From an uncultured Nitrospinota bacterium (lineage in GTDB: Bacteria; Tectomicrobia; Entotheonellia; J063; CAVPRW01): a stretch of DNA of 64,000 nt. How positions within the stretch are numbered: position 1 is the first letter of the stretch; the number at the start of each line of letters is the position of its first letter. The position numbers and the translations under genes were made by a program. Where the stretch lies: positions 119,422-183,421 of the forward strand of contig CAVPRW010000048.1 in assembly GCA_963707985.1 (NCBI GenBank), read 5' to 3'. A model generated the notes under the pieces. It was not told the origin of the DNA and did no database searches. It was given only the letters and a program-made list of their open reading frames with translations. Of the stretch, positions 54,959 to 64,000 are shown in pieces.

Positions 54959-55390
54959 AACAGTCCCCTCTTGGTGATGGATCTCTCACAATGGCTGCCG
55001 TCGTGGCCAGCCTGACGGTCCGATGTGCTGATGGGCGCCGCGGTCGGCTCGGGTAGGTCGTGTACTATCCGGCGCAGGACGGCCTTTCGTGACCGCACAC
55101 GATGACTTGTACACGGTCGACTAAGGTCGCGCGCATCAGGTGCAACCGCGGAGCAGAAAGATCACTCATAAGATCGGTATGGGTATCCCTATGAGCCAGA
55201 GTAACGCCCACCCAATCGCCCCTGCTTCATTCTTAAGCACATTGATCTTCTGTTGCGTTTTCTGCATATCGAACCTCCAGTTCATTCGGGTTGTCGCATG
55301 AGCCAGAACGGCCACAGAGCGCATACGTGGGGATACACCCCGCGCGCTCCCGGCGGCACGTGCTGCCGCTGCCTCCCTCGCCCTGCCTTC

Positions 55391-56149
55391 TCAGATGGCG
55401 CCGCCGTTGCCCCCTACACGAGACATCGGGGCCGGCTGCTGTGGTGGGTGCTCGAGTGGCTGACCGTCCCGCTCGCTCCGAGCCCTCTCCATGTGTGGCG
55501 CCAGGGTCGGCACGACCTGCTTGACCATCGCACGTAGGGTGCTGACGAGAGCCTCCACGGCCGCAACTTTGAGGATGGCAATTTCGTCCTTCAACGGCTC
55601 CAGTAGGCTGCTTCCCATACCCTGCGGCCGCTGTGGATGAACGAACGACGCACCATCGGAGGGAAGGAGGCCATCTTGCTGGGCCTGAGAGGCGGACCTC
55701 TCAGCGGTTGTACCTGTCGCAGCGGATGATGAGTCAGCGATGGAGCATGCCGGAGACGTGCTCCCACCACCCCAGTTGCCGAGCAGATAGCCCGCCAACG
55801 TGGCACCGCCCACCATCAGCCACGGGTGTTGATCCACCTGATACGGCACATCAAAGGTGCGCTTGACCGTTTCGACGGTCTCCCCGACGGTTCCCTTGAC
55901 CGTCTCCACGATGTCCTCCACCGTGGATTGTGCGCCTTCAACGCCCTGCTTCACCGCTTCGACGGTGGTGTCCACCGTGTCCTTGATAGTTTCCACAATC
56001 TCCTCCACAGCTGATTGCGCGTCTTCGACGGTCTCCCGGACGCGCGCTTCCAGGATGTCAAGCTTCTCTGTTATGGCCGCACGGGTGTGCTCGATACCTT
56101 GACAGGTAGCGTCGATGTTCTGTTGCAGACCGTCTGCTCGGTCAGCCAT
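55391..56149 (-). CDS. DUF3618/ElaB-like protein
   Basis: IEHTRA.ITEKLD.LE; helical repeats; HPWLMVGGA..GYLLG. Confidence 0.65.
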   Translation of the reverse strand: MADRADGLQQNIDATCQGIEHTRAAITEKLDILEARVRETVEDAQSAVEEIVETIKDTVDTTVEAVKQGVEGAQSTVEDIVETVKGTVGETVETVKRTFDVPYQVDQHPWLMVGGATLAGYLLGNWGGGSTSPACSIADSSSAATGTTAERSASQAQQDGLLPSDGASFVHPQRPQGMGSSLLEPLKDEIAILKVAAVEALVSTLRAMVKQVVPTLAPHMERARSERDGQPLEHPPQQPAPMSRVGGNGGAI

Positions 56150-56532
56150 TGCACAGTCTCCTTCATGGTCTCAAGCGTCCGCTGAGGCACCACGTTGATG
56201 GCCTCGGCCGTGCGTTGGCCCAGGGCGAGCAGCACCCCACCGAGGACGACCAGGACACCCCCGACAATGCCGTAGCACCCCCAGAGCGGAATCGCCGTGT
56301 AGGCCTCCAGCACCTGGACCAGCATCAGCATCAGCAACATCCCACCGATGGCGACGACGCCGATCCCGAGGCCCAGGGCGATCGCGGCGGCCTTGGCTTT
56401 CCGCAGCGTGTCGTGCACCTCGAGCGTGGCCAGCGCCAATTCCTGTGCCAGTAAATCTTTGACATCGTTGATGATGCCGCACAGCAGTGCCGCGACGCTC
56501 GGCTCTGACGTGTGTTGCGACCCGTTGTCCAT
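56071..56532 (-). CDS. Holin-like (DUF1469) membrane protein
   Basis: L..QELALA..E, two TM segments, PQRT.ETMKE..QW. Confidence 0.75.
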   Translation of the reverse strand: MDNGSQHTSEPSVAALLCGIINDVKDLLAQELALATLEVHDTLRKAKAAAIALGLGIGVVAIGGMLLMLMLVQVLEAYTAIPLWGCYGIVGGVLVVLGGVLLALGQRTAEAINVVPQRTLETMKETVQWLTEQTVCNRTSTLPVKVSSTPVRP

Positions 56533-56535
56533 GGG

Positions 56536-57102
56536 TTAGTCCTTCGTCATACGAGCCAGCACATAGCCCAGGCCAAGCCCCACCAATAACGATGGGATGG
56601 GGTAGCGGCGAATCACCGCGGTAAGGTCTGTGGCGAGATGTTCGTAGTCTTTCTCTTGCAGGTACGAGTTGGCCGATTCCAACCCACCGGCCACAGCTGT
56701 CGCCGCGCTGGCGATCGTGCCCTCATGCGGAGCATGGTCCCGAATCACGCTCGCCAGCGATCCCATCGTGTCGCCGACCGCTGTGGCCGCCCCACCTGCC
56801 ATGTTTGCGGCCGTCACCCCGAGCGCTTGTGCCTGGGCCGTCATTTCGGCAACAGCCCCATTGGCTTCCGGCATCCCGCTGCTGCTTGGAGCGCTCATTT
56901 TGTCAGCGTATTCTTTGAAGTGCCGCTCCACCTCATGCTGGGCCTGATCACGCGTATAGCCGTATTTCTCTTGGACCACACCGAGCAGTTGGTCCATCTG
57001 TCCCCCGATTCTGTCGAAGTCGGCATCGGCGAGTTTACCCCACCACGATTTTAGGGCGCCCCGCATCTGCTTCCACTGGCCTGCGAAGATGTCTTGATTC
57101 AT
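56536..57102 (-). CDS. CsbD family protein
   Basis: GQWKQMRG.LK.WWGKL...D..G..QEKYGYTR. Confidence 0.85.
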   Translation of the reverse strand: MNQDIFAGQWKQMRGALKSWWGKLADADFDRIGGQMDQLLGVVQEKYGYTRDQAQHEVERHFKEYADKMSAPSSSGMPEANGAVAEMTAQAQALGVTAANMAGGAATAVGDTMGSLASVIRDHAPHEGTIASAATAVAGGLESANSYLQEKDYEHLATDLTAVIRRYPIPSLLVGLGLGYVLARMTKD

Positions 57103-57377
57103 CGGATGATCCTCCCGTGTGTGGTTTGTCTGTGCCATTGGCTACGCCTCCGGGCGGGTGGGGCACGTCCCGAGGATGCAGGCCGTGACCGAACCCTCCA
57201 TGCATCGTCGCACGACTCGATATGTTTAATATATCAATATATATTTATATATTCATAAAAGTCAAGATCTATTCGAGCATGACAAGGATGAACGTGGGCA
57301 GACAGGAGGGATCCGAGAGGTGCACGGCGGGCGTGGAGGCCTTAACGTAGCGAAGGCCGAAATGATCGGCAACGTAG

Positions 57378-57518
57378 GTGTTCTTTGCGGCCAGCAATCA
57401 ACCGCCGGAACGCATCTCGTTTCGGGAGGTCGATCGCTATATCGATATCCAACATCAGCAGGGATTATCCCCGGCGACCATTAAGCGGCGATTGTATGTG
57501 CTGAAACATGTTTTCGAC
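57378..57518 (+). pseudogene. Tyrosine recombinase N-terminal fragment
   Basis: EVDRYID.Q..QGLSPATIKRRLY.LKH.F. Confidence 0.55.
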
Positions 57519-57657
57519 GTCAGGTGCTCCGTGATCTCATCCCGTGTTTGCGGCATGATCCACCTCCCTCTACTGCTGCTCAATACCCCGCAGCTCTCGA
57601 GGCAAGCGGACCGCAGATCAAGGCCCAGGCTTCTGTTGGAATCTCATATGAGAATAG
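57519..57657. repeat. 139-bp repeat, copy 2
   Basis: Near-identical to 46991-47129. Confidence 0.75.
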
Positions 57658-57794
57658 ACTAGCGCTTGACCTGAGTGAACGACAGGCTTATCATTGCGGC
57701 CCATCTGCTGTCGCCCGGTACGGCCAAGCGTGCCGGATAGGCGACACGGCTGAGGTGCGATTCGTCGACTGCATCGGACGAAGGAGGGGATATC

Positions 57795-58751
57795 ATGGCA
57801 GGTACAGTGTTGGGAACTGGCAAGTATACGTACGAACCGGCCGACGGCTGGGCGAAGCTCCCGGATGGCTGGCGCTTTGTCGAGGTGGCCGGGGTGGACG
57901 TCGACTCAAAAGACAACGTTTTCCTCATCACACGCGGTGAGCATCCGGTCATCGTCTTCGATCGTGAGGGCAATTTTCTGAGATCATGGGGCGAGGGATT
58001 ATTCACCCGCCGCACTCACGCTGTTCACATTGGTCCCGACGATTCCGTCTACTGTACCGATGATGGCGATCACACCATTCGCAAATTTACCCCAGAGGGC
58101 AAGCTCCTGCTGACGATCGGCACTCCCAATCAACCATCCAAACGCTTCAGCGGCCTACCGTTCAACCGCCCTACCCACGTGGCTCTGTCGCCATTCACCA
58201 ACGACATCTACGTGTCCGACGGCTATAACAATTCGCGGGTGCATAAATACTCGCCCGATGGCCGCCTGCTCTTCTCCTGGGGCGAGCCCGGTATTGGGCC
58301 AGGACAGTTTTTTATCCCGCATAACATCGCGACCGACGCTCAAGATCGGGTGTATGTCGCCGACCGTGAGAACCACCGCATCCAGGTCTTCGACTCCACA
58401 GGGAAATTCCTCACCATGTGGAACAATATTTATCGCCCCTGCGGCCTCCACATGAGCCGCGGCAGCAACCAACTCCTCTACATCGGCGAACTCTCGGCGC
58501 CTATCGGGTATAAAGATGCGCCGAGCCTTGGGCATCGCGTCGACATCATGAACCTCGACGGCCAGATGCTCTGTCAATTCGGAGATCCGTTTGAGGGGGA
58601 GGGACCAGGACAGCTGATCGGTCCACATGGCGTTTGCACAGACTCGCGAGGGGACATTTACGTTGGTGAGGTGTCATACACCGTCCGTGGCTCACATGAA
58701 AATCCGCCGCGGGAAATGCGCAGTTTTCAGAAGTTCGTCCGTAAGGCATAG
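57795..58751 (+). CDS. NHL-repeat protein (PAL-like)
   Basis: FNRPTHVA, YVSDGY.NSRVHKY, QF.IPHNI, YVADRENHRIQVFD. Confidence 0.9.
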   Translation: MAGTVLGTGKYTYEPADGWAKLPDGWRFVEVAGVDVDSKDNVFLITRGEHPVIVFDREGNFLRSWGEGLFTRRTHAVHIGPDDSVYCTDDGDHTIRKFTPEGKLLLTIGTPNQPSKRFSGLPFNRPTHVALSPFTNDIYVSDGYNNSRVHKYSPDGRLLFSWGEPGIGPGQFFIPHNIATDAQDRVYVADRENHRIQVFDSTGKFLTMWNNIYRPCGLHMSRGSNQLLYIGELSAPIGYKDAPSLGHRVDIMNLDGQMLCQFGDPFEGEGPGQLIGPHGVCTDSRGDIYVGEVSYTVRGSHENPPREMRSFQKFVRKA

Positions 58752-59032
58752 CACGGTCGACCGCCCGCGCTCAGCCGAGTTCCTGTCGGCAGGGCGAGGG
58801 CGACCTTTGCGCAGCCGCAGGCCGAGTTGGGGTAGTGTGCCATTCACATGAAACTCGAGGCGTTCATGAACATGGTGCTTCGAGGAGAAGGACGCTTGAC
58901 GACGCAACGAGAGTTGTGGCAGACTCCGCGCGGTGCGCATCTCACGTTCGGTCAGGAGACGGGCGTTTGCTCGCTCGCGGCGTTACTGAGGTTCATGGAA
59001 GCTGTGCTGATCCCATTGTCCACAAGTAGAGA

Positions 59033-59120
59033 GCCGAACGCTCCCGGTGAGCTGCTGCCGGAACCGGGAGCGAGGTTCGAGAGGACGCTGTACGCCGTCG
59101 CCTGCATGCCGTTGTTCGGC
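59033..59120 (-). repeat. attC site
   Basis: Minus strand GCCGAAC AACGGCATGCAGGCG...GGGAGC GTTCGGC. Confidence 0.75.
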
Positions 59121-59139
59121 TGGCCCATTTCTGCACTAC

Positions 59140-59511
59140 TCATGGCAATGATTCGATGACGACACTGCCCCCCTCAATCACCTGCATGTGTAGGTCATGA
59201 CCATACAGCAAAGCCATACCAACGAGAGGATCGGTGTCGGCGGCTTCGACCAAAATGTTCCGTGGCCTGCCATCCCAGATGACGGTAGCCACATAGATGT
59301 CGCAGTGGTCTTCAGTCCCATTGGCCAGCATCACCAGGCCGCGAGTACGCCACCGGAGCCCAAGGCTCGCAATCACCGCAGGAGGGAGAGTCAGCGAACC
59401 GTTGAACCCGGTGTCGAGGACCGCCTCAATCTCCTGTTCCCGCCCATCAGCAGCCCGCACGGGCAGGCGGATAGTCGCCTCGGTCTGTGCGTTCACCACC
59501 CCGATGATCAT
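59140..59511 (-). CDS. Clan AA aspartic protease
   Basis: AVLDTGFNGSLTLP..PLVGMALL. Confidence 0.85.
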   Translation of the reverse strand: MIIGVVNAQTEATIRLPVRAADGREQEIEAVLDTGFNGSLTLPPAVIASLGLRWRTRGLVMLANGTEDHCDIYVATVIWDGRPRNILVEAADTDPLVGMALLYGHDLHMQVIEGGSVVIESLP

Positions 59512-59783
59512 ACCGCCTCACGCCCTGGCCGCCCCCCGAGGCGGTACGCGGTGCGCTGCCCCACCCGGAGGAGCCAGATTTGTGCGTGCGGATGACGACC
59601 CAGCAGCCGTTCGGTCGCGGTATAATCATCTCGGTCGATCTCATACGCTCCCGTCTCAATGTCGATCGCCACGAACTTGCCATCATCCCCCGCCCCAAGG
59701 TGGGGACGGATATCACGCTCATAGATAGTTTGTCCCCGCCGGGCAAACTCTTCTTTGCTGTAGTGTGGTTCCAACACGGCCAT
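59508..59783 (-). CDS. Small conserved hypothetical protein
   Basis: ARRG..IYE..GKFVAIDIETG.YE; ATGA overlap with the protease; paralog at 63201. Confidence 0.7.
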   Translation of the reverse strand: MAVLEPHYSKEEFARRGQTIYERDIRPHLGAGDDGKFVAIDIETGAYEIDRDDYTATERLLGRHPHAQIWLLRVGQRTAYRLGGRPGREAV

Positions 59784-60498
59784 GATCTTACTCCTACTTC
59801 GACATGAAAGACTGCAGTGCGCCACATTTTCCTTGGTGACTTTCTGGTATACTGCCCAACCTTCAAGATAGCAACTTTTGTGTGAGGATGGCGTGTTGTT
59901 TTGTCGTTGATTATCCCGGAGCTGAACGATCAAGCTCAGCAGCGGCAGCCGCGCGCTGAGACCGACGACCCAGAGAAACACGTATCGCGGCCGCTGGGGC
60001 GGTACCTACTCAAAACGCGTCGCGTCGTAGTCGATTTCACAGCCTTTTTTAGCTTCATCGAGTGGTGCGGTCCTGTTCCCAGCGGCGTCGTAAAGGGCGA
60101 AGGTCGCATCAGCGTGGAACGCATCAGGGCCAGTGAGATGAATATGGCTTGTCACCACCTCGATGCTCCTTTGGCTGCCGTCAGGGTTAAAGAGGAAGAA
60201 CTTGTAGCGGGCCATAAAATGGTTGTGCCCAAGGCGCGCCCACGATCCCTGCCCGGGGCCAACGACTAGAGCGCTGCCGCGTCGTCCACGACACGGGCCG
60301 CATACGGAAGGCGGGCGTTCGCGATCTGGTGATGGACATCTGCTGTGCCTTGCATAACTTTTGCGTGCGTCTTATCCCATGGCAACCGATGGTTTAATCG
60401 AAATGAACTCTCATATTCATCCCTGCTCCCATCTTCTCCCGCAGGGGTCAGGCCATGATGGTAAGCCATCCTCCTCCATTCTTTAGTCAAGCCGGACC

Positions 60499-60717
60499 TT
60501 ATTCTCCTCTTGAGTAGGGTTTCCCGGTGATTTCTAGTCGGAACAGACTTTTCACCGGCAAACGCTTTGTGGCGTCGAAGATTTCAATGCCGACGATTTC
60601 GTCATCGGCTGTGGTATCAAGAACCACCCCTTCGTCAATCTCGATGGCGCCGTCCGGTTTCTTCCGCGAGAAGCGAATGTAGGCAATGTCGTGTTTCGCA
60701 TCGTAGCGGACTTTCAT
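60499..60717 (-). CDS. DUF2283 family protein
   Basis: YDAKHDIAYIRF..GVVLD..IVGIEI. Confidence 0.85.
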   Translation of the reverse strand: MKVRYDAKHDIAYIRFSRKKPDGAIEIDEGVVLDTTADDEIVGIEIFDATKRLPVKSLFRLEITGKPYSRGE

Positions 60718-60968
60718 CGTCTGGGCCTCCTGTAGGATCTTTTCAAAGGGTACACGGACCACACGACGTAGCCGCCTTTCTCCTCGATATACACTACTTT
60801 AAGTGGCTTCTGAGCGAATTTGGCTGCCGGCTTGCCTAGCAGCACCATCCTGGTTCCCTCAATTGCTGGACCAAACGAAGGCTCGTTGAAGACGTCCTCT
60901 ACATCTTCGCTAGCAATACCATACAGCCTCATCCTGTTGCGGGCATGACGGGTGAATCGCAGCTTCAT
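60714..60968 (-). CDS. DUF4258 family protein
   Basis: FTRHARNRM...I...V...LKVVY..E....VV.SVYP. Confidence 0.8.
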   Translation of the reverse strand: MKLRFTRHARNRMRLYGIASEDVEDVFNEPSFGPAIEGTRMVLLGKPAAKFAQKPLKVVYIEEKGGYVVWSVYPLKRSYRRPRR

Positions 60969-61359
60969 GCGTTTTGGGAATCCCCCTTGAGAAAGGGCGC
61001 ATTTGGGGTAGTTGAGGCTTACTTCGCAGCGCTCCCCTTCACAAAATCTACCACGAAGTCATCTTGCGGCAACAGAGGTAATCAACGAGGCCGTCACCCT
61101 GACGGTGAGTCCCAACTCGTGACGCTGGACCATTCATAAGGCACGGCAGAGCCGACCCAGCGCGAGGGTCACGCTGAGTCGTGCCTTAGAGGTCAGCCCA
61201 GGGTCAGCTCGATAGAGCGCATGAGATATGCCTGATAGGTGTCAACATCAATCCTGATGACTTGAAGCGGCCATGAACCAGCAGGCCAGTGGTGGATTTT
61301 GAGGCCACAAAGCGTCTGCGGTCCACGCATCAGGACGACGGACCCAGCGCGGTGCGCTT

Positions 61360-61615
61360 CAGCCACGTGAGCTCAATCACCGCACACTGGCTTCCCTAGC
61401 AGCGATGATGGACGGCCTTCTCTTCGCAGGCATGAAGCGGTTCCTCCGGGTAGGTAATGCCGTCGTAGTCGTCTCGAAAATAGGCTTGGCGGTTGTTCCC
61501 CCGCGTCATGACGTGAGAGACCGCCCCAGGATAGGCGATTCTCAGCGGGCGAGCCCTACGGGTAAGCTACCCTCCTCCATTCACATATTCAAGCCTGACC
61601 CTATCCTTTCCCTAT
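61360..61615 (-). mobile_element. REP-associated tyrosine transposase (RAYT) remnant
   Basis: ARPLRIAYPGAVSHVMTRGNNRQ..FRDD then a stop; upstream GGGTCAGGCTTG. Confidence 0.7.
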
Positions 61616-61761
61616 CTTAAGGTCATTCCCCCCTGACCCCCAATTTTCCAACAGGACAAAGTGACATTTCACTACGACCCCGGTTTTTGTTGGTGCTCGT
61701 GCGTCATTAAGGCGTGGTATAATATACGAGGATTGACGTGGTTACTAGGAGAGACAAGACA

Positions 61762-62103
61762 ATGACCTCGATTGCAATACGCACGGAAAACAGCCAGGCA
61801 GGTACCCCACGGTTCCGAGCTGTCGCTGGGAACCGTCAGTCCATTGGACGCACAATGGGCGAGGCGCTGGACGCGCTGACCGCGGATTGGCACGACGATA
61901 TCCAGGAGACAGCCGTGTTCATCCAACGGTTGCAGCCTGATGCGTACTTCACGGCAGCGCAGTACCACCGTATGCAGGAACTGCTCACCCGTCGCGCCAC
62001 GTTGACGGCACAGGAGCGCGTCGAACTGCAAACCCTCATCGACGCGGAACTGGACGCTACCGTCGCCCGCACCGAGAGCCTTATGCGTCCGCGCCAGCCG
62101 TGA
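61762..62103 (+). CDS. Hypothetical protein, antitoxin-like
   Basis: 113 aa; TATAAT upstream; overlaps the HNH gene. Confidence 0.6.
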   Translation: MTSIAIRTENSQAGTPRFRAVAGNRQSIGRTMGEALDALTADWHDDIQETAVFIQRLQPDAYFTAAQYHRMQELLTRRATLTAQERVELQTLIDAELDATVARTESLMRPRQP

Positions 62104-62498
62104 ACCCGTTGTACCCTATCGTTGCCGAACGTGCGGTATATCGTTGTGAATACTGTCACGCGCCGGAAATCGTCTTTAACTTTCCGTTTGAGGTGGAACA
62201 TATCCTCCCGCAGGCACACGGCGGCACCGATGCTCTCGACAATCTCGCGCTGGCTTGCCACGCCTGCAATCTCTTTAAGTCGGATTTTGAGACGGGTCAG
62301 GACGCGGAAAGCCGAGCTGAGGTTGCTCTGTTCCATCCGCGTCGCGACGTGTGGGAGCAGCACTTTGGCGTCAATGAAGGCGCGGCAATCGTCGGGATCA
62401 CGCCTGTTGGTCGTGCCACGGTGGTGCGCTTGCAGATGAACCGTACTCGGCACATCACAGCGCGCCGTCGCTGGAGAGAACTGGGATTATTTCCTTAA
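62100..62498 (+). CDS. HNH endonuclease
   Basis: RCEYC..EVEHILP..GG...DNLALAC..CN..K. Confidence 0.9.
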   Translation: MNPLYPIVAERAVYRCEYCHAPEIVFNFPFEVEHILPQAHGGTDALDNLALACHACNLFKSDFETGQDAESRAEVALFHPRRDVWEQHFGVNEGAAIVGITPVGRATVVRLQMNRTRHITARRRWRELGLFP

Positions 62499-62832
62499 TC
62501 TATCGCCGTCCCCTCACGCAGTCTGCCGGCGTGTAGAAGACGTGAGCCCTTGCAATCATCCGTGCATGTGTATGTGGCGCCGAGCCGCTGCACAGCTGGC
62601 ATGCAGTGAGGATGGAGGAACTCTCCTCGCCCGCGTTGGCTTCGAACGTATCGAGGCTTGTATCGAGGTCGGGGCCTGCGAGGTGAATGCAGTCCGTCAC
62701 CACCTCGTAATCGCTACGACTCAGGATATGAGATATTCAGAGGGCGAGCCAGACGGCGAAGCGACCCTCCCCCTTTCGCATATGCAAGCCTGACCCTATG
62801 CTTTCCCCCTCACACCCACGCTGGAGAGCCAC

Positions 62833-63204
62833 TCATGGAAGTGCTGCAATCACCACCCGACCGCCCTCGACCGCTTCAATAGAGACGCTGTACCTGTAGA
62901 GCAGCGCCATACCCACCAAGGCGTCCGTGTCGGCGGCATCCGTCTCCACTGCTCGCCACTGGCCATCCCAAAAGAGAGTGACCTCGTACAGGTCCAGGAG
63001 TTCTTCCTGCCCATTGGCCAGCAGCACCCGACTCTGGCCAAGATGCGGGAGGCTCAGCTGTCTGACAAGCGCCGGAGATAAGGTCAGAAAGCCGTTGAAG
63101 CCTGTGTCGATAACCGCGTCGATCTCCTGCTCGTGGCCTCCAGGTCCGCGAATCCGCAGCTCGACAGTGGCTTCGAGGTTGCCATTGACCACGCCAGAGA
63201 TCAT
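62833..63204 (-). CDS. Clan AA aspartic protease, paralog 2
   Basis: AVIDTGFNGFLTL..ALVGMALL. Confidence 0.85.
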   Translation of the reverse strand: MISGVVNGNLEATVELRIRGPGGHEQEIDAVIDTGFNGFLTLSPALVRQLSLPHLGQSRVLLANGQEELLDLYEVTLFWDGQWRAVETDAADTDALVGMALLYRYSVSIEAVEGGRVVIAALP

Positions 63205-63476
63205 AGACGCCCCGTGATGGGACGCCCCCCAATGCGGTGGAGGACGCGATGACCAACACGCACAAACCACACTACCGCATCGGGGTATTGGGCGCGCAAG
63301 CGTCGGGCGGCAGCCAGTGCGGTGTCGTCGACAGCGTAGGCCCCGGTCTCAATATCAATGGCGACGACTTTACCGTAGTGGGTCGCCTCCACCTGTGTGC
63401 GAATCGTGCGCTCATAGATTTCATCGCCTCGACGAGCCGTCTCTTCGGCCGAGTAAGGTGGCTGTTGTGCTGACAA
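63201..63476 (-). CDS. Small conserved hypothetical protein, paralog 2, start uncertain
   Basis: ARRGDEIYE..GKVVAIDIETG.Y. Confidence 0.65.
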   Translation of the reverse strand: MSAQQPPYSAEETARRGDEIYERTIRTQVEATHYGKVVAIDIETGAYAVDDTALAAARRLRAQYPDAVVWFVRVGHRVLHRIGGRPITGRL

Positions 63477-63601
63477 AATAGTGCTCCCGTGTGTACATAC
63501 CCTGGAGAAGATGAAAGTACAGTATGTCTCAACCTGCTTCCATTGTATATAGCCTTTTGTAAAGTGCAAGAAGGCTTTTCATGACGAACCGGCTCACAGG
63601 A

Positions 63602-63698
63602 GCCGAACGCCCAAGCTAAGGCGCAGGCCACATCGTACCGACCCATGTCTGACAAAAAGCCTACGCTGTGGCTCGTCGCCTTCAGCGCCGTGTTGGGG
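63602..63698 (-). repeat. attC site
   Basis: Minus strand CCCCAAC..GCTgAAGGCG/CGCCTTAGC..GTTCGGC. Confidence 0.8.
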
Positions 63699-63849
63699 TG
63701 CTGGAGGCCAATGCGGGTGCCCAGACCTTCCAGCGACTACCCGCCGCCACCCGCGCGGGAACTACCCTGGCCGGCGGATACCACCACGTCCACTGGGCCT
63801 TGAGAGCAGGCGGCTGCCGCAGCCGGCCCAGTGGTGCAGGGCGCGTGGT

Positions 63850-64000
63850 ACCACCGTCGTCGTCTCGACAACAGGCTTGGCAATTGTTCCCCCGCGTCAT
63901 GACGTGCGAGACCGCCCCAGGATAGGCGATTCTCAGAGGGCGAACCATACGGGTACGCTACCCTCCTCCATTCACATATGCAAGCCTGATCCCATGCTTT
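63850..64000 (-). mobile_element. RAYT N-terminal remnant
   Basis: MVRPLRIAYPGAVSHVMTRGNN; similar to 61480-61610. Confidence 0.7.

Noticed and set aside
56071..56532. Prophage lysis module
   Set aside because: The holin-like family sits in a CsbD/DUF3618 stress-type cluster; no endolysin or phage genes
57378..57518. Integron integrase
   Set aside because: Only a short N-terminal tyrosine-recombinase fragment with no catalytic domain or IntI-specific insertion

Overview
GC-rich bacterial accessory region with four parts. (1) 1-12.7 kb: a plus-strand integron cassette array with about 10 attC sites and no intI in the window. It carries BrnTA, PIN and HicBA toxin-antitoxin (TA) pairs, Mrr-like, GmrSD-like, NucS-like and another PD-(D/E)xK nuclease, and a 772-aa permuted-papain-like protein. 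Two attC sites are interrupted at the same position by near-identical ~826-nt ORF-less group II introns in the sense orientation, and two are followed by gene-less nested-palindrome modules. (2) 13.4-22.5 kb: a decaying minus-strand locus (DNA methyltransferase, HExxH metallopeptidase, NurA-like, HerA, cas4/cas1, cas2, TA genes plus a stray cassette, second cas1-cas2 remnant, cas3). cas3 is cut by a 112-bp MITE and no CRISPR array is visible. (3) 22.7-58.8 kb: transport and housekeeping-type genes (MFS, ACP-acyl ligase-acyltransferase, LLM oxidoreductase, tupBCA, a Zn/Mn-type ABC operon led by a DUF2946-like RPPP peptide, mscL, PhoD-like, CsbD cluster, NHL protein) with many IS remnants. (4) 58.8-64 kb: a fragmented minus-strand cassette cluster with two small-gene/aspartic-protease pairs, TA-like pairs and RAYT remnants. 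All calls come from reading motifs by eye; no database search was run. Some frameshifts may be sequencing errors.
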